Assembly: GCA_002269645.1 (NCBI GenBank)
Contig: NIVC01001920.1
Span: 1 to 64,000 of the forward strand
From: Macrostomum lignano
Lineage: Eukaryota
Direction: 5' to 3'
Length of the DNA: 64,000 nucleotides
This document shows, one piece after another, positions 43,901 to 55,795 of this stretch. Within the stretch, counting starts at the first letter, position 1; each line of letters opens with the position of its first letter. The translations under genes and the position numbers were made by a program. The notes beneath the pieces were generated by a model. The model worked only from the letters and a program-made list of their open reading frames with translations, did no database searches and was not told where the DNA came from.

Positions 43901-46900
43901 TGGGATATTGCATATTGTGATTAGTGGGAGTGGGATAATGGGAGGGGGATAATGGGAGGGGGATAATGGGATAATAAGAGTGGGATATTGGGATAATAGG
44001 AGTGGGATATTGGGATAGTGGGAGTGAGATATTGGGATAGTGGGAGTGGGATAATGGAAGGGGGATAATGGGATAATGGGAGTGGGATAATGGGATAATG
44101 GGAGTGGGATATTGGGATAGTGGGAGTGGGATATTGGGATAATGAGTGGGATATTGGGATAAAAGGAGTGGGATATTGGGATAGTGAGAGTGGGATAATG
44201 GGATAGTGGGAGGGTGATAATGGGATAATGAGAGTGGGATATTGGGATTGTGAGAGTAGGATACTCGTAATGGGATAGTGGGAGGGGGATAATGGGATAA
44301 TAAGAGCGGGATATTGGGATAATGGGAGTGGGATAATGAGAGTGGGATATTGGGATAATAGGAGTAGGAAAATAGAATAATGGCAGTTGAAAATTGGAAT
44401 TATTGAATGGGATAATGGGATAAGGGTGTGTGATAATTTGAGTGGGATTAGGCATGATGGCAGAGCCCGCGTAGATGAAATATTAGGAGTGAGATTTCAG
44501 AAGTGAGATCATGTAATTATTTTGAGTTCAGGAGCGAATGCTGTTATTTTAATAGACCAAAGTATAGTACACTTGTACCTGCAGCTGCCCTCATCCCCAT
44601 GTTGAGCAGGGGAGAGGCAAGGGCAGCTCGAGTTTCTCTGCATTTTGCTCTCTGCTCGCCCAGCCGTTCCCCCGGCCAAGGGACAGGTGGAAAAGCTGGC
44701 CCATTTTCCCACTCTCCCCGCTCCCCGATCCCCAATCGTCCCAACCCCACCCCTTCCTAAGCCAGCAGCCCAAATCCAGCGCCCCGTGTCGTCAGCTAGT
44801 CGTGCGCGTCTCACGAACCTCGCCGTTGTTTCAACTACTCCTAGTTTTTTTATATTCCCTGCGTACTTTTATTTCTAGGAAATACAGACAATAATCTGTC
44901 TGAAAAGCCATCGTTACAGGCAAGGCATCGTCTGTTCTGTCTCCCTTTTTGTCTCAGTTTTTCCTCAGTTGTTGACGTGCCAGAGTTTGCTAATTCTCAT
45001 TTTGTTGCGCAGCTAAGAGAGAATCTCCCAGGCGTGAAAAAAGAAGCAGATAAATTCTAGTTTCTTACTTTTCTGATGGCTACTCGTAGTGCCTGCTTCG
45101 TTGCCTCTTCTCCTTCTCCAGCTTCCCAGTGTGCCTCCCTGTGACTCTCCATCTTTCTCTCTTCAGTGTTCGAACCGAACCGGCAGCTTTTTCTAGCCAC
45201 AATCTAATTTCCTTTTCTTCCCTGCTGCCGCTGCCCTCTCCACCGTTCGAATAGAAAATACATTCCTTGCCAGTCTCGTTCTTGTAACTAAGTTGGTCGA
45301 CTCTTTAGAAATCATAAAATATTGTTAGTTAATAGAGTTTTACAAAGCTCGATACTTTATGTCAAAGGAAAGTCTCCATGCACTCGAAACGCGGTGCTAT
45401 TTTAACATACGCCGCTTTTAGTTCGTTAATATTATTAATCTTGTGAACTTATTGAGCTTGTGAACTTATTAATCTTGTGAACTTATTGAGCTTGTGAACT
45501 TATTGAGCTTGTGAACTTATTGAGCTTGTGAGCTTCTCGAGCTTGTGAACTTAATGAGCTTGTGAACTTATTGAGCTTGTGAACTTATTGAGCTTGTGAA
45601 CGTATTGAGCTTGTGAAATTATTGAGCTTGTGAACTTATTGAGCTTGTGAACCTATCTAGCTTGTGAACTTATTGAGCTTGTGAACTTATTGAGCTTGTG
45701 AACTTATTGAGCTTGTGAACTTATTGAGCTTGTGAAATTATTGAGCTTGTGAAATTATTGAGCTTGTGAACTTATTGAGCTTGTGAAATTATTGAGCTTG
45801 TGAACTTATTGAGCTTGTGAAATTATTGAGCTTGTGAACTTAATGAGCTTGTGAACTTATTGATCTTGTGAACTTATTGAGCTTGTGAACTTAATGAGCT
45901 TGTGAACTTATTGAGCTTGAGAACTTATTGAGCTTGTGAACTTAATGAGCTTGTGAACTTATTGAGCTTGTGAACTTATTGATCTTGTGAACTTATCTAG
46001 CTTGTGAGCTTCTCGAGCTTGTGGAAAATGACCCTGTATTGAACACTGTCATGCAGAAAAAATGTACTGATTGTGAATGGGGGGTCTTAATGCGAGGACT
46101 TTCTTGTCACTTCGTCGAATCATCACACTGCTGTCACTTTCAAAGTTCGCCAGCAGGGCCTATCGTGTTCGTGACCTTGTAGCTCAACTGTCAGCAATTC
46201 GATCGCACCTGCATGGCTAATCATTGCTACATGCATGTTGCGGCGCTTTCGTGACAATGCAGCCGCGCCCACTCTCAAAGTCTAAGCAAGTCAGCGTGTG
46301 TCCGCGCCATCTCGCGACTCTCTTCTGCTACCAATACACCCTGCGTGAGCGGAAGCAGCCCGGGTTCGATTCCGCTGTACAGTGTACACCCTGCGTGAGC
46401 GGAATCAGCCCGGGTTCGATTCCGCTGTACAGTGTACACCCTGTGTGAGCAGAATCAGCCCGGGTTCGATTCCGATGTACAGTGTACACCCTGCGTGAGC
46501 GGAATCAGCCCGGGTTCGATTCCGATGTACAGTGTACACCCTGTGTGAGCAGAATCAGCCCGGGTTCGATTCCGATGTACAGTGTACACCCTGCGTGAGC
46601 GGAATCAGCCCGGGTTCGATTCCGCTGTACAGCAATGGCTGCTGCATGACTGTCACGCTTTGATTAACGGCAGCCCTACAAAGCTGCGTCTTCCCCGCGG
46701 ACTCGGAGCCACTGCGAATGCAGGCATTACCGATAATTCCAACCAGGGCGTGCCAGTCGCACTGCCAGGCGCGCACGGGGCGGAGCTGAACTGGGTGGAT
46801 GGGCAGTAGAGCAGAAAATCGATTGTCAATAAGACTTTTTAGCCTCTTTTTTTAACAAAAAAGACGAATCGAGAGACAGAGAGACGCGCCCAGTCATTTT

Positions 46901-49900
46901 CTTTATTAACTCCTTCATTATTTGCTACCCTTGCTGCGCTTTCTTATTCTTAGCCGTCTAATTCTCTTCTCTGTTTTTCATTCTGCCATTCAAACTGCAC
47001 TTTTGCCGGTTTTATTATTCAGTTCCGAGCGAGCAGCAGGCGCGTCCGGGATATTCGTGCCCCGCTTCTCAGTTCTTCATTTTCTCTATCCCGCGCCTCT
47101 CCTGGCTGGCTTCATTTAGTCTTTTTCTCTCTCTGGCTTTTTGTCTTAGAACACCCCTTCCTCCCTCCGTCTGTAGCTTTCTTCAGTCTGAGCTCTCTCT
47201 TTTCAGATTCTCATCTTCTATAAGGCTGAAAACTGACAGACCACCCCCCCGCGGATTAAGGCCGCGAGACTACTTTCTTCTAGTAGGGCTCCGCCTTTTG
47301 CCATTTTGCCCTTCGCTTTTCATTCAAGTCCTTCTTACTGAAGCAATTCGCTTAAACTCCCCCCCCTACTTCTAGTCAGCTAAGCGTCTTGAGTCTGTGT
47401 AGTCACTTGGTTCATTCTCACACTAGAGTTTTTGGAGGGCTCTCTAAAAAGTCATCAATTGTATTGCAACATTAGTAGGTTGAGGTAATTCTAAGAGAAA
47501 TATTACTGCCCAAGCTTGGAAATTATCAATAATAGTAAATAAAAATCACTCACAAAATTAGACGCTCTCAGTTTCTTATCAGCTCGCCAATCGATTTCTT
47601 TACTCTATGCACGTGAATCATCTCACTCAACCCGGGTCAGCAATGAGGCAACCACCTCCCTCCGAGGGAGGGTTAGAATTGAGGCAACCATCCCACTCCG
47701 TGTTAGGGTTAGAAATGAGGCAACCACCCCACTCCGTGTTAGGGTTAGAAATGAGGCAACCACCCCACTCCGTGTTAGGGTTAGAAATGAGGCAACCACC
47801 TCACTCCGTGTTAGGGTTAGAAATGAGGCAACCACCTCACTCCGTGTTAGGGTTAGAAATGAGGCAACCACCCCACTCCGTGTTAGGGTTAGAAATGAGG
47901 CAACCACCCCACTCCGTGTTAGGGTTAGAAATGAGGCAACCACCCACTCCGTGTTAGGGTTAGAAATGAGGCAACCACCCCACTCCGTGTTAGGGTTAGA
48001 AATGAGGCAACCACCCCACTCCGTGTTAGGGTTAGAAATGAGGCAGCCACCCCACTCCGTGTTAGGGTTAGAAATGAGGCAACCACCTCACTCCGTGTTA
48101 GGGTTAGAAATGAGGCAGCCACCTCACTCCGTGTTAGGGTTAGAAATGAGGCAGCCACCTCACTCCGTGGGGGTAGACCCGGATTTAGTAGCTAATTTCA
48201 CTGACAAACAATATCACCTGCTTCACTTCAGAAGTTTACTAATTGCATAAGTTTATGTTTTAAAACATCCAATTAATATTTCACCCGTGCATTTACGTAA
48301 TCTTTCATCCGCAGAGAACAAATGGGACTCAATCGACGTAATCTACTACGAGTACGGCGCCATGGTGTTGGTCTATAAGAACCCGCGCCGCCTGCAGCAG
48401 GCCTACAATAGCTTGCGCGATCAATGGTTCGACGATAAGCCAATGTTGGTGCTGCTGCTGCCCCAGCTTCACCCGGAGATGATACCGGACGGCACCACCC
48501 CAGTGCTGGTGCTGGTTAACGTGAAGAGCGGCGGCTGTCAGGGCATCGAGCTCATCACAGCGTTTCGCAAGCTGCTTAATCCGCACCAGGTGTTCAATTT
48601 GGACTACGGCGGTCCCCTGCCAGGCCTCTACGTGTTCCGACAGGTGTCTTATTATAAAATCCTGGTGTGCGGCGGCGACGGCACGGTTGGCTGGGCCCTC
48701 AGCTGCCTGGACAACGTCGGCCCGGATGCCAAGTGCAACTATCCGCCTATGGCCATCGTGCCTCTGGGCACCGGCAACGATCTGTCCCGGGTGCTGCGCT
48801 GGGGCTCCGGCTACTCCGGCCAGGAGTATCCGCTAAACATACTCAGGGACGTGGCCGAAGCGGAGGTCGTGACGCTGGACAGGTGAGATAAATGGCCGGC
48901 CAATGCGTCATTCTTTGCAGCATTCATTTCGGAAGTTTGACTTGTCAGCGGATGTTAGACTGGGTTGAAGGAAATTTCGTCCGTGATGTCTTTTTTCTAT
49001 ATACTAATTGTGAGATGTCTCTGTCTGTCTGTGTGATGGATTTTTTTAAAAACAGCTCAACCGATTTTCACCAAATTTGCACCATTCTATCACAAATTGT
49101 CAGCAATCGGTATGGTTAAAATTATTAGTGTCTATGCCATTTCTAAGTACAGTTAAATAAAAAAAACTGTATTTTTACTATCTAAATATGTATGTTTCTG
49201 GCAGTCAGGGCTCAATACGAGTATGTCTATGGCCATAGACTAAACTTCAATTCAATTTCTTGAGCTGATGCTACGAGCTATAAATAATTAAATACGAGTG
49301 CACTTTAAAAGTATTAAATTATTGCGCCACTATGTATATAGTATATGCAAGGGAGAGAAAAATGCTCAGTGGCTGCATGCTGTTGGGGGGTGCTTGCTAC
49401 GTCTGTTGGATGCTTGCTACGTCTGTTGGATGCTTGCTACGTCTGTTGGATGCTTGCTACGTCTGTTGGATGCTTGCTACGTCTGTTGGATGCTTGCTAC
49501 GTCTGTTGGATGCTTGCTACGTCTGTTGGATGCTTGCTACGTCTGTTGGATGCTTGCTACGTCTGTTGGATGCTTGCTACGTCTGTTGGATGCTTGCTAC
49601 GTCTGTTGGATGCTTGCTACGTCTGTTGGATGCTTGCTACGTCTGTTGGATGCTTGCTACGTCTGTTGGATGCTTGCTACGTCTGTTGGATGCTTGCTAC
49701 GTCTGTTGGATGCTTGCTACGTCTGTTGGATGCTTGCTACGTCTGTTGGATGCTTGCTACGTCTGTTGGATGCTTGCTACGTCTGTTGGATGCTTGCTAC
49801 GTCTGTTGGATGCTTGCTACGTCTGTTGGATGCTTGCTACGTCTGTTGGATGCTTGCTACGTCTGTTGGATGCTTGCTGTCTGGGGGATGCTTGCTGTCT

Positions 49901-52900
49901 GGGGGATGCTTGCTGTCTGGGGGATTGCTTGCTACATTAAATCAGTATTAAAATTATTAAATTCTTTCTTTGCTCCCCAATGGGGGGCGTAGATTGCTAG
50001 TAGAGACTATTGATTGACTGAGATGTCTATGGTGTAAGCTTTTATGCTATCGTTCAGTGCGCGGCGTTGCTTTCATTTCAATTAAATATATGTATAATAC
50101 AATCGAGCGCCTCTTAAGCGCATCTAAAGCCAACTCGGCCTTCGCTAACAGTCCGAATGTGTCAGAAAGTGTCCGAAAATGTCCGAGGGTGTCCGAAAGT
50201 GTCCGAAAGTGTCTGAAAGTGTCCAAAAGTGGACGAAGAGATTATCTAGACGATCGGAATCATTAAGAATCTTTGCTTTCCTTAAATAGTTTGTTTATAT
50301 CGAATTGACTGTGTCTACATTCATTTTAAACAACTTGCAATATTTTCGGGGCCAAAAATATCATAGGACCCATTTGACTGGGCTGAATGGGTCTTGTCTA
50401 CGTTGCTCAGGGGTTCAGCGAAATCGGGCACGATAGATGAGATGCATTCAGGAGCGTAGCGGAAGAACTCGAAAAGCCGCCTTGCTGGGTGGTTAATCCC
50501 TCTTCTCTGTATTTTTTAGTCCACTAAAAACAGTCGCAAGCTGTTATTTCAGTTTCGCGTATTCAATATAGTACGCGTATGCACTACTATGACGGGGCCA
50601 GGGTTCGGTTTTCTCTTCCTCACGGTGGGGGGGGGGCGGCCGAAGGACAGCTCGTGAGCCGTGAGAGGCAGGGTTTTAGTTCGTGAGAGGAGTGTTTTAG
50701 GGCGGTGAGAGGCAGGCGGTGACAGCGGGGCAGCGGGGGCGGTGGCAGCAGCGGCGGAAGGTGGAGGGGGGAGGGGATCTCGGGCTATGCTCCGTCTCCC
50801 GTGCGTGTGTCTGTGCGCTTGTGTGGCTGCTCCTCCAACTGCTCTAACCTATTTACATGTATGCATATTTATGTATGTGTATGTGTTTGATTTTTTGGTT
50901 CTCTATACTGGCTTTATGTCTGCGCGTATCTTGCCTGGGCGGTGTACTTCTACTGTAGAAATTTCTTGTGCAGCCGCTTCTCATAGGATTTTAAAAGCCT
51001 TTCGCCTTTGCGTAAGATCTATCTTATTACATTACAACTGAGGATACTAAATTAAATACTAAAGTCTCTATAGATTTCTAAAATTTGATAGTTGATGAAA
51101 GTCTATGAGAAGTCACTGAGAGGTACTAACCGCGGCCGATTGAGCTCAACTTGCGCAGCCTTGGCGGTAAATGCAATTGCTTGTTGGGCCGATCGGAAAC
51201 CTTCTGTGTGCTGTGCGCTTGCGTGTGAAGATTAATTAATTGTCCTCCTCTGTCTAATTAGAGATTACTAATATAGTGCTTAGTTAGCTAAAAGTTCTGC
51301 CTGTGCAGTTCTAAAAATAGACACCGCTTGTACAGAAATCTGGACTAGGTTTATATTCCTCCGCCAATTATCACCGCAGATGGACGGTGATCTTCCACCC
51401 GGAGGAGAAGGAGAAGGACGAGACCAAAGTGCAGCTGCAATACGAAAGCAACGCCGCCAACACAAACGAGGACAATGCTAGCATATTCGTTATGAATAAT
51501 TACTTCGGCATCGGTGAGCTGCGGGGGCGTCCGGAATTGGTTCACTCCCTATGAGTGAGGATTAGGAGGGCAGTTCACTCCCTATAAGTAAGGATTAGGA
51601 GGGCAGTTCACTCCCTATAAGTGAGGATTAGGAGGGCAGTTCACTCCCTATGAGTGAGGATTAGGAGGGCAGTTCACTCCCTATAAGTGAGGATTAGGAG
51701 GGCAGTTCACTCCCTATGAGTGAGGATTAGGAGGGCAGTGCACTCCCTATAAGTGAGGATTAGGAGGGCAGTTCACTCCCTATGAGTGAGGATTAGGAGG
51801 GCAGTTCACTCCCTATGAGTGAGGATTAGGAGGGCAGTTCACTCCCTATGAGTGAGGATTAGGAGGGCAGTTCACTCCCTATAAGTAAGGATTAGGAGGG
51901 CAGTTCACTCCCTATGAGTGAGGATTATGAGGGCAGTTCACTCCCTATGAGTGAGGATTAGGAGACCAGTTCACTCTCTATGGTTGAGGATTAGGAGGGC
52001 AGTTCACTCCCTATGGTTAGAGGATTAGGAGGGCAGTTCACTCCCTATGGTTAGAGGATTAGGAGGGCACTTCACTCCCTATGGTTAGAGGATTAGGAGG
52101 GCAGTTCACTCCCTATGGTTAGAGGATTAGGAGGGCAGTTCACTCCCTATGGTTGAGGATTAAAGGGCAGTTCACTCCCTATGGTTGAGGATTAGAAGGG
52201 CAGTTCACTCCCTATGGTTAGAGGATTAGGAGGGAAGTTCACTCCCTACGATAAAATACGAGGATAATCTCGAGCTCTCTGATCAAAGCAGAAAAGTTCT
52301 GATGTCCGTGAATAGCTGGCACAATTAAAGCATTTGAGTAAAGAACCTAGATTTTTTATTTATCCTAGGTCTGGACGCCGACGTCTCCCTGGACTTCCAC
52401 CTGGCCCGCAACGAGAATCCTTCAAAGTTCAACTCCCGTTTCCATAACAAGGGCGTGTACTTTAAGATGAGCGTTAGAAAAATGATGAGCAAAGGCAGCT
52501 GCAAGGATTTGCACAGGCAGATTATCGTTGAGGTTGACGGCAAAGTCATCGACTTGCCGCCGCTAGAAGGGATTATTATCCTCAACATTCTGTCCTGGGC
52601 CAGCGGGGCGAATCCGTGGGGCACCGAGAAGGACGACAATTTCAACCGGCCGAACCACTGGGACGGCCAGCTTGAAGTGGTCGGCGTCACCGGCATGGTG
52701 CACATGGGACAGGTTGGTTGCAGCTGTGTCTGAGAGTGAAGTGACTGTCTGTCCCTCTGTCCCACTGTGCGTGCGGAGTGGGGTGGCTGTCTGTCCCTCT
52801 GCCCCACTTTGCGTGCGGAGTGGGGTGGCTGTCTGTCCCTCTGCCCCACTGTGCATGCGGGAATTGGGATGGCTGTCTGTCCCTCTGGCTCACTTTGCGT

Positions 52901-53534
52901 GTGGGAGTGAGGTTGCTTTCTGTCCATTTTCATCATTTTAAAATTTTTCAAGCAACAATTATCTACTTGTCAAAACGCGAAATTTTCAGATCTTCAGCGG
53001 TTTAAGATCTGGCAATCGTATAGCTCAGGGAGGTCACATTAAGATCACTCTGAAAGGTGACATTCCAGTGCAGGTAAGCAAAGACTTTTTTCGGAGTATT
53101 TCTATCTCTCAGTATTCTTGTTATTCTCAAAGTAGAGTCGAGGTAAGGTTCATCGTTTGAGGAAAGCCAGGAAAACGAAAGCAAAAATGAACATTCGCAT
53201 TTTTTCTTTAATAATACCAAATTACAGTTTATTAATCTTCGCGCAACATGTTCGTTTTTGCTTTCGTTTTCCTGGCTTACCTCTTGTTATTCTTATTATT
53301 TAGAAGTGACATAAAAGATCATTGATAAATTTTCAGATCGACGGAGAACCATGGGTCCAATCGAGCGGACAAGTTGTTGTTTTGCGCAGCGCACTTCGTG
53401 CTTCTATGTTGAAAAAGTGCAAAGGAAAGTCAAAAGGACGCGGGGCCTTGGCGGAGCCGTCCTTCTATAACCTGGAGCCCAGCCAGTGCCCGACTCCTCC
53501 TCCAGATGAGGGCGCCACTGGTGGCTCTGACTAG
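31998..53534 (+). CDS. DGKQ: Diacylglycerol kinase theta (type V), 10 exons, about 1001 aa; one apparent +1 indel in a C10 run
   Basis: Exons 31998-32478, 33730-33818, 34016-34286, 39948-40447, 42966-43303, 48315-48882, 51380-51513, 52369-52712, 52990-53073, 53337-53534 (3007 nt = 3x1002+1). Contains three C1 domains (HSFIKRTFHRPTYCHHC, HCWSEPAHFKRKFCNVC, HHWREGNLPGNSKCAVC), RA-like domains and an LYVGNL RRM-like motif. Catalytic motifs are NVKSGG, GGDGTVGW and PLGTGNDL; accessory motifs are MNNYFGIG and DGEPW. Confidence 0.95.
32540..33662. repeat. 29-bp minisatellite (AGTGGGTGTCCTCTGCCCTTCAATCCTTC) split by the MITE
   Basis: Copies at 32540-32698 and 33253-33662. Confidence 0.95.
32699..33252. 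mobile_element. MITE (554 bp) with 14-bp TIRs and 8-bp TSD, hAT-like
   Basis: TIRs CACGGACTACTTAA / TTAAGTAGTCCGTG are perfect. The TSD CGGGTGTC lies at 32691-32698 and 33253-33260 and carries a variant C where the host repeat normally reads TGGGTGTC. Confidence 0.88.
34322..35255. repeat. About 19-21-bp pyrimidine-rich minisatellite (TCCCCAGTATCTTCCCATT[A/C])
   Basis: Variable units, starting about 35 nt after the donor at 34287. Confidence 0.93.
35510..35905. repeat. 21-bp minisatellite (TTTTGGCGCCTCTGAGACTCA)
   Basis: About 18 copies. Confidence 0.97.
36514..37170. repeat. 21-bp minisatellite (GATTCACCTGGATTAGCAAGT)
   Basis: About 31 highly homogeneous copies. Confidence 0.97.
37785..39762. 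repeat. About 21-27-bp purine-rich minisatellite (GCAGTGGCAGATTTGAGAAGAGA)
   Basis: About 2 kb with variant blocks; source of the 727-aa and 683-aa minus-strand ORFs. Confidence 0.97.
40470..41700. repeat. 14-15-bp minisatellite (ATCCCTGATCCTTGA)
   Basis: Begins just after the donor at 40448. Confidence 0.97.
42160..42860. repeat. 32-bp minisatellite (GTGACGAGCTCCCTAAGGACACCAAAAATAGT)
   Basis: About 20 copies with variants. Confidence 0.95.
43311..44420. repeat. 22-bp G-rich minisatellite (GGGATAATGGGAGTGGGATATT)
   Basis: Starts 7 nt after the donor at 43304; regularly spaced GGG tracts. Confidence 0.95.
45435..46022. repeat. 17-bp minisatellite (AACTTATTGAGCTTGTG)
   Basis: About 34 copies. 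Confidence 0.97.
46335..46632 (+). repeat. 50-bp tandem repeat containing a Pol III B-box
   Basis: Unit GTACACCCTGCGTGAGCGGAATCAGCCCGGGTTCGATTCCGCTGTACAGT, about 6 copies. Confidence 0.9.
47640..48168. repeat. 36-bp minisatellite (CCGTGTTAGGGTTAGAAATGAGGCAACCACCCCACT)
   Basis: About 14 copies, each containing TTAGGGTTAG. Confidence 0.97.
48996..50000 (+). mobile_element. Non-autonomous Helitron-like element (about 1 kb) with internal 20-bp array
   Basis: 5' TCTATATACTAA..CTGTCTGTCTGT..CAGCTCAACCGATTTTCACCAAATTT; 3' GCTCCCCAATGGGGGGCGTAGATTGCTAG|T. Confidence 0.78.
49385..49932. repeat. 20-bp minisatellite (GTCTGTTGGATGCTTGCTAC) inside the Helitron-like element
   Basis: About 24 identical copies plus degenerate ends. 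Confidence 0.98.
50155..50232. repeat. Short 10-bp array (GTGTCCGAAA)
   Basis: About 7 imperfect copies. Confidence 0.8.
51538..52250. repeat. 33-bp minisatellite (GAGGGCAGTTCACTCCCTATGAGTGAGGATTAG)
   Basis: About 21 copies, starting about 25 nt after the donor at 51514; the unit has an internal hairpin (CACTC..GAGTG). Confidence 0.97.
52745..52920. repeat. About 41-bp repeat (CTGTCTGTCCCTCTGCCCCAC..GCGGAGTGGGGTGG), about 4 copies
   Basis: Tandem, in a 277-nt intron. Confidence 0.8.
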
Positions 53535-53619
53535 AAACTTTAAAATACTTATGTACACAAACGATTTCTAAATTTTCTAAACTTTCTGGTTCGATTTAAG
53601 TCTTTTTCATGGAAAGTTG

Positions 53620-53875
53620 AGTGTGTGTTTTACTATCCTCTCTGCCCCGAAAGGAGTCGGGTGGGTGGGTGTGTGTGTGTTTTTGACTATCCTCTCTGCC
53701 CCGCGCGGAGTGGGGTTGGTGTCTTTGGCTATCCTCTCTGCCCCGCGCGGAGTGGGGTGTGTGTTTGACTATCTTCTCTGTCCCGCAAAGAGTGGGTGTG
53801 TGGGTGGGTGTTTTTCCATACTCTCTGCCCCGCGCGGAGTGGGGTGGGTGTGTTTGACTATCCTATTTGTCCCGC
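53620..53875. repeat. About 40-50-bp repeat (GACTATCCTCTCTGCCCCGCGCGGAGTGGGG..), about 5 copies
   Basis: Just 3' of the DGK stop; resembles the 52745 unit. Confidence 0.75.
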
Positions 53876-54437
53876 GCTGTTTTTGCAATGCACAAGCATC
53901 CAACTTCTCTGCAATTGAGTGCCTGAACACTCGAGACACAGTGTATATTTTTTATATTTCACTATTTTCTGACATTAGTTAAAACTTGTGATTTATTCCT
54001 TTTGGTCGGCTTCTAGATTCTGCAAAAGATGAATAGGTCACTGACTCACTATATCTACAATTTATTCTTGTCCAAAGTCAAAGTGCGCATTAATTTCAAG
54101 AATTAGCGTTTATCTAGATTTTGCTACAAAGATTTGTACATCTCGTATAACTAATTCAATTGTGATAAAGGCGTCTTGAATTTCCTATATTTATCGCGCA
54201 CTAAAAATCCGAGGCTGCCTCGGCTGACTGACGAGTTCGCGTAATTTTATGCTACTTTTACAATACTGCTTAGGCAAACTAACTAGATTTAAATTGATTC
54301 ACGCATTCGTAATCAGCTGGTAGCCTGGTAGCCTGTGTCTGACACGCAGCATATTTGTCCCACTTTAGTTATAACTGTGCAAATTCTCTTAGCAATATGG
54401 GACTGAAGGAAAGCGGATAAATAAACACTTTTTCGAA

Positions 54438-55795
54438 TGCAGTACCGCAACTGACACACAGCAGTCCCAGCTACCTTCCCAGCTGCAGTACCGCAACTGA
54501 CACACAGCAGTCCCAGCTACCTTCCCAGCTGCAGTACCGCAAATGACACACAGCAGTCCCAGCTACCTTCCCAGCTGCAGTACCGCAAATGACACACAGC
54601 AGTCCCAGCTACCTTCCCAGCTGCAGTACCGCAAATGACACACAGCAGTCCCAGCTACCTTCCCAGCTGCAGTACCGCAAATGACACACAGCAGTCCCAG
54701 CTACCTTCCCAGCTGCAGTACCGCAAATGACACACAGCAGTCCCAGCTACCTTCCCAGCTGCAGTACCGCAAATGACACACAGCAGTCCCAGCTACCTTC
54801 CCAGCTGCAGTACCGCAAATGACACACAGCAGTCCCAGCTACCTTCCCAGCTGCAGTACCGCAAATGACACACAGCAGTCCCAGCTACCTTCCCAGCTGC
54901 AGTACCGCAAATGACACACAGCAGTCCCAGCTACCCTCCCAGCTGCAGGACCGCAAATGACACACAGCAGTCCCAGCTACCTTCCCAGCTGCAGTACCGC
55001 AAATGACACACAGCAGTCCCAGCTACCTTCCCAGCTGCAGTACCGCAAATGACACACAGCAGTCCCAGCTACCTTACCAGCTGCAGTACCGCAAATGACA
55101 CACAGCAGTCCCAGCTACCTTCCCAGCTGCAGTACCGCAAATGACACACAGCAGTCCCAGCTACCTTCCCAGCTGCAGTACCGCAACTGACACACAGCAG
55201 TCCCAGCTACCTTCCCAGCTGCAGTACCGCAAATGACACACAGCAGTCCCAGCTACCTTCCCAGCTGCAGTACCGCAAATGACACACAGCAGTCCCAGCT
55301 ACCTTACCAGCTGCAGTACCGCAAATGACACACAGCAGTCCCAGCTACCTTCCCAGCTGCAGTACCGCAAATGACACACAGCAGTCCCAGCTACCCTCCC
55401 AGCTGCAGTACCGCAACTGACACACAGCAGTCCCAGCTACCTTCCCAGCTGCAGTACCGCAAATGACACACAGCAGTCCCAGCTACCTTCCCAGCTGCAG
55501 TACCGCAAATGACACACAGCAGTCCCAGCTACCTTCCCAGCTGCAGTACCGCAAATGACACACAGCAGTCCCAGCTACCTTCCCAGCTGCAGTACCGCAA
55601 ATGACACACAGCAGTCCCAGCTACCTTCCCAGCTGCAGTACCGCAAATGACACACAGCAGTCCCAGCTGCCTTCCCAGCTGCAGTACCGCAAATGACACA
55701 CAGCAGTCCCAGCTACCTTCCCAGCTGCAGTACCGCAAATGACACACAGCAGTCCCAGCTACCTTCCCAGCTGCAGTACCGCAAATGACACGCTG
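54438..55795. repeat. 46-bp minisatellite (GCAGTACCGCAAATGACACACAGCAGTCCCAGCTACCTTCCCAGCT)
   Basis: About 29 near-identical copies. Confidence 0.98.
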
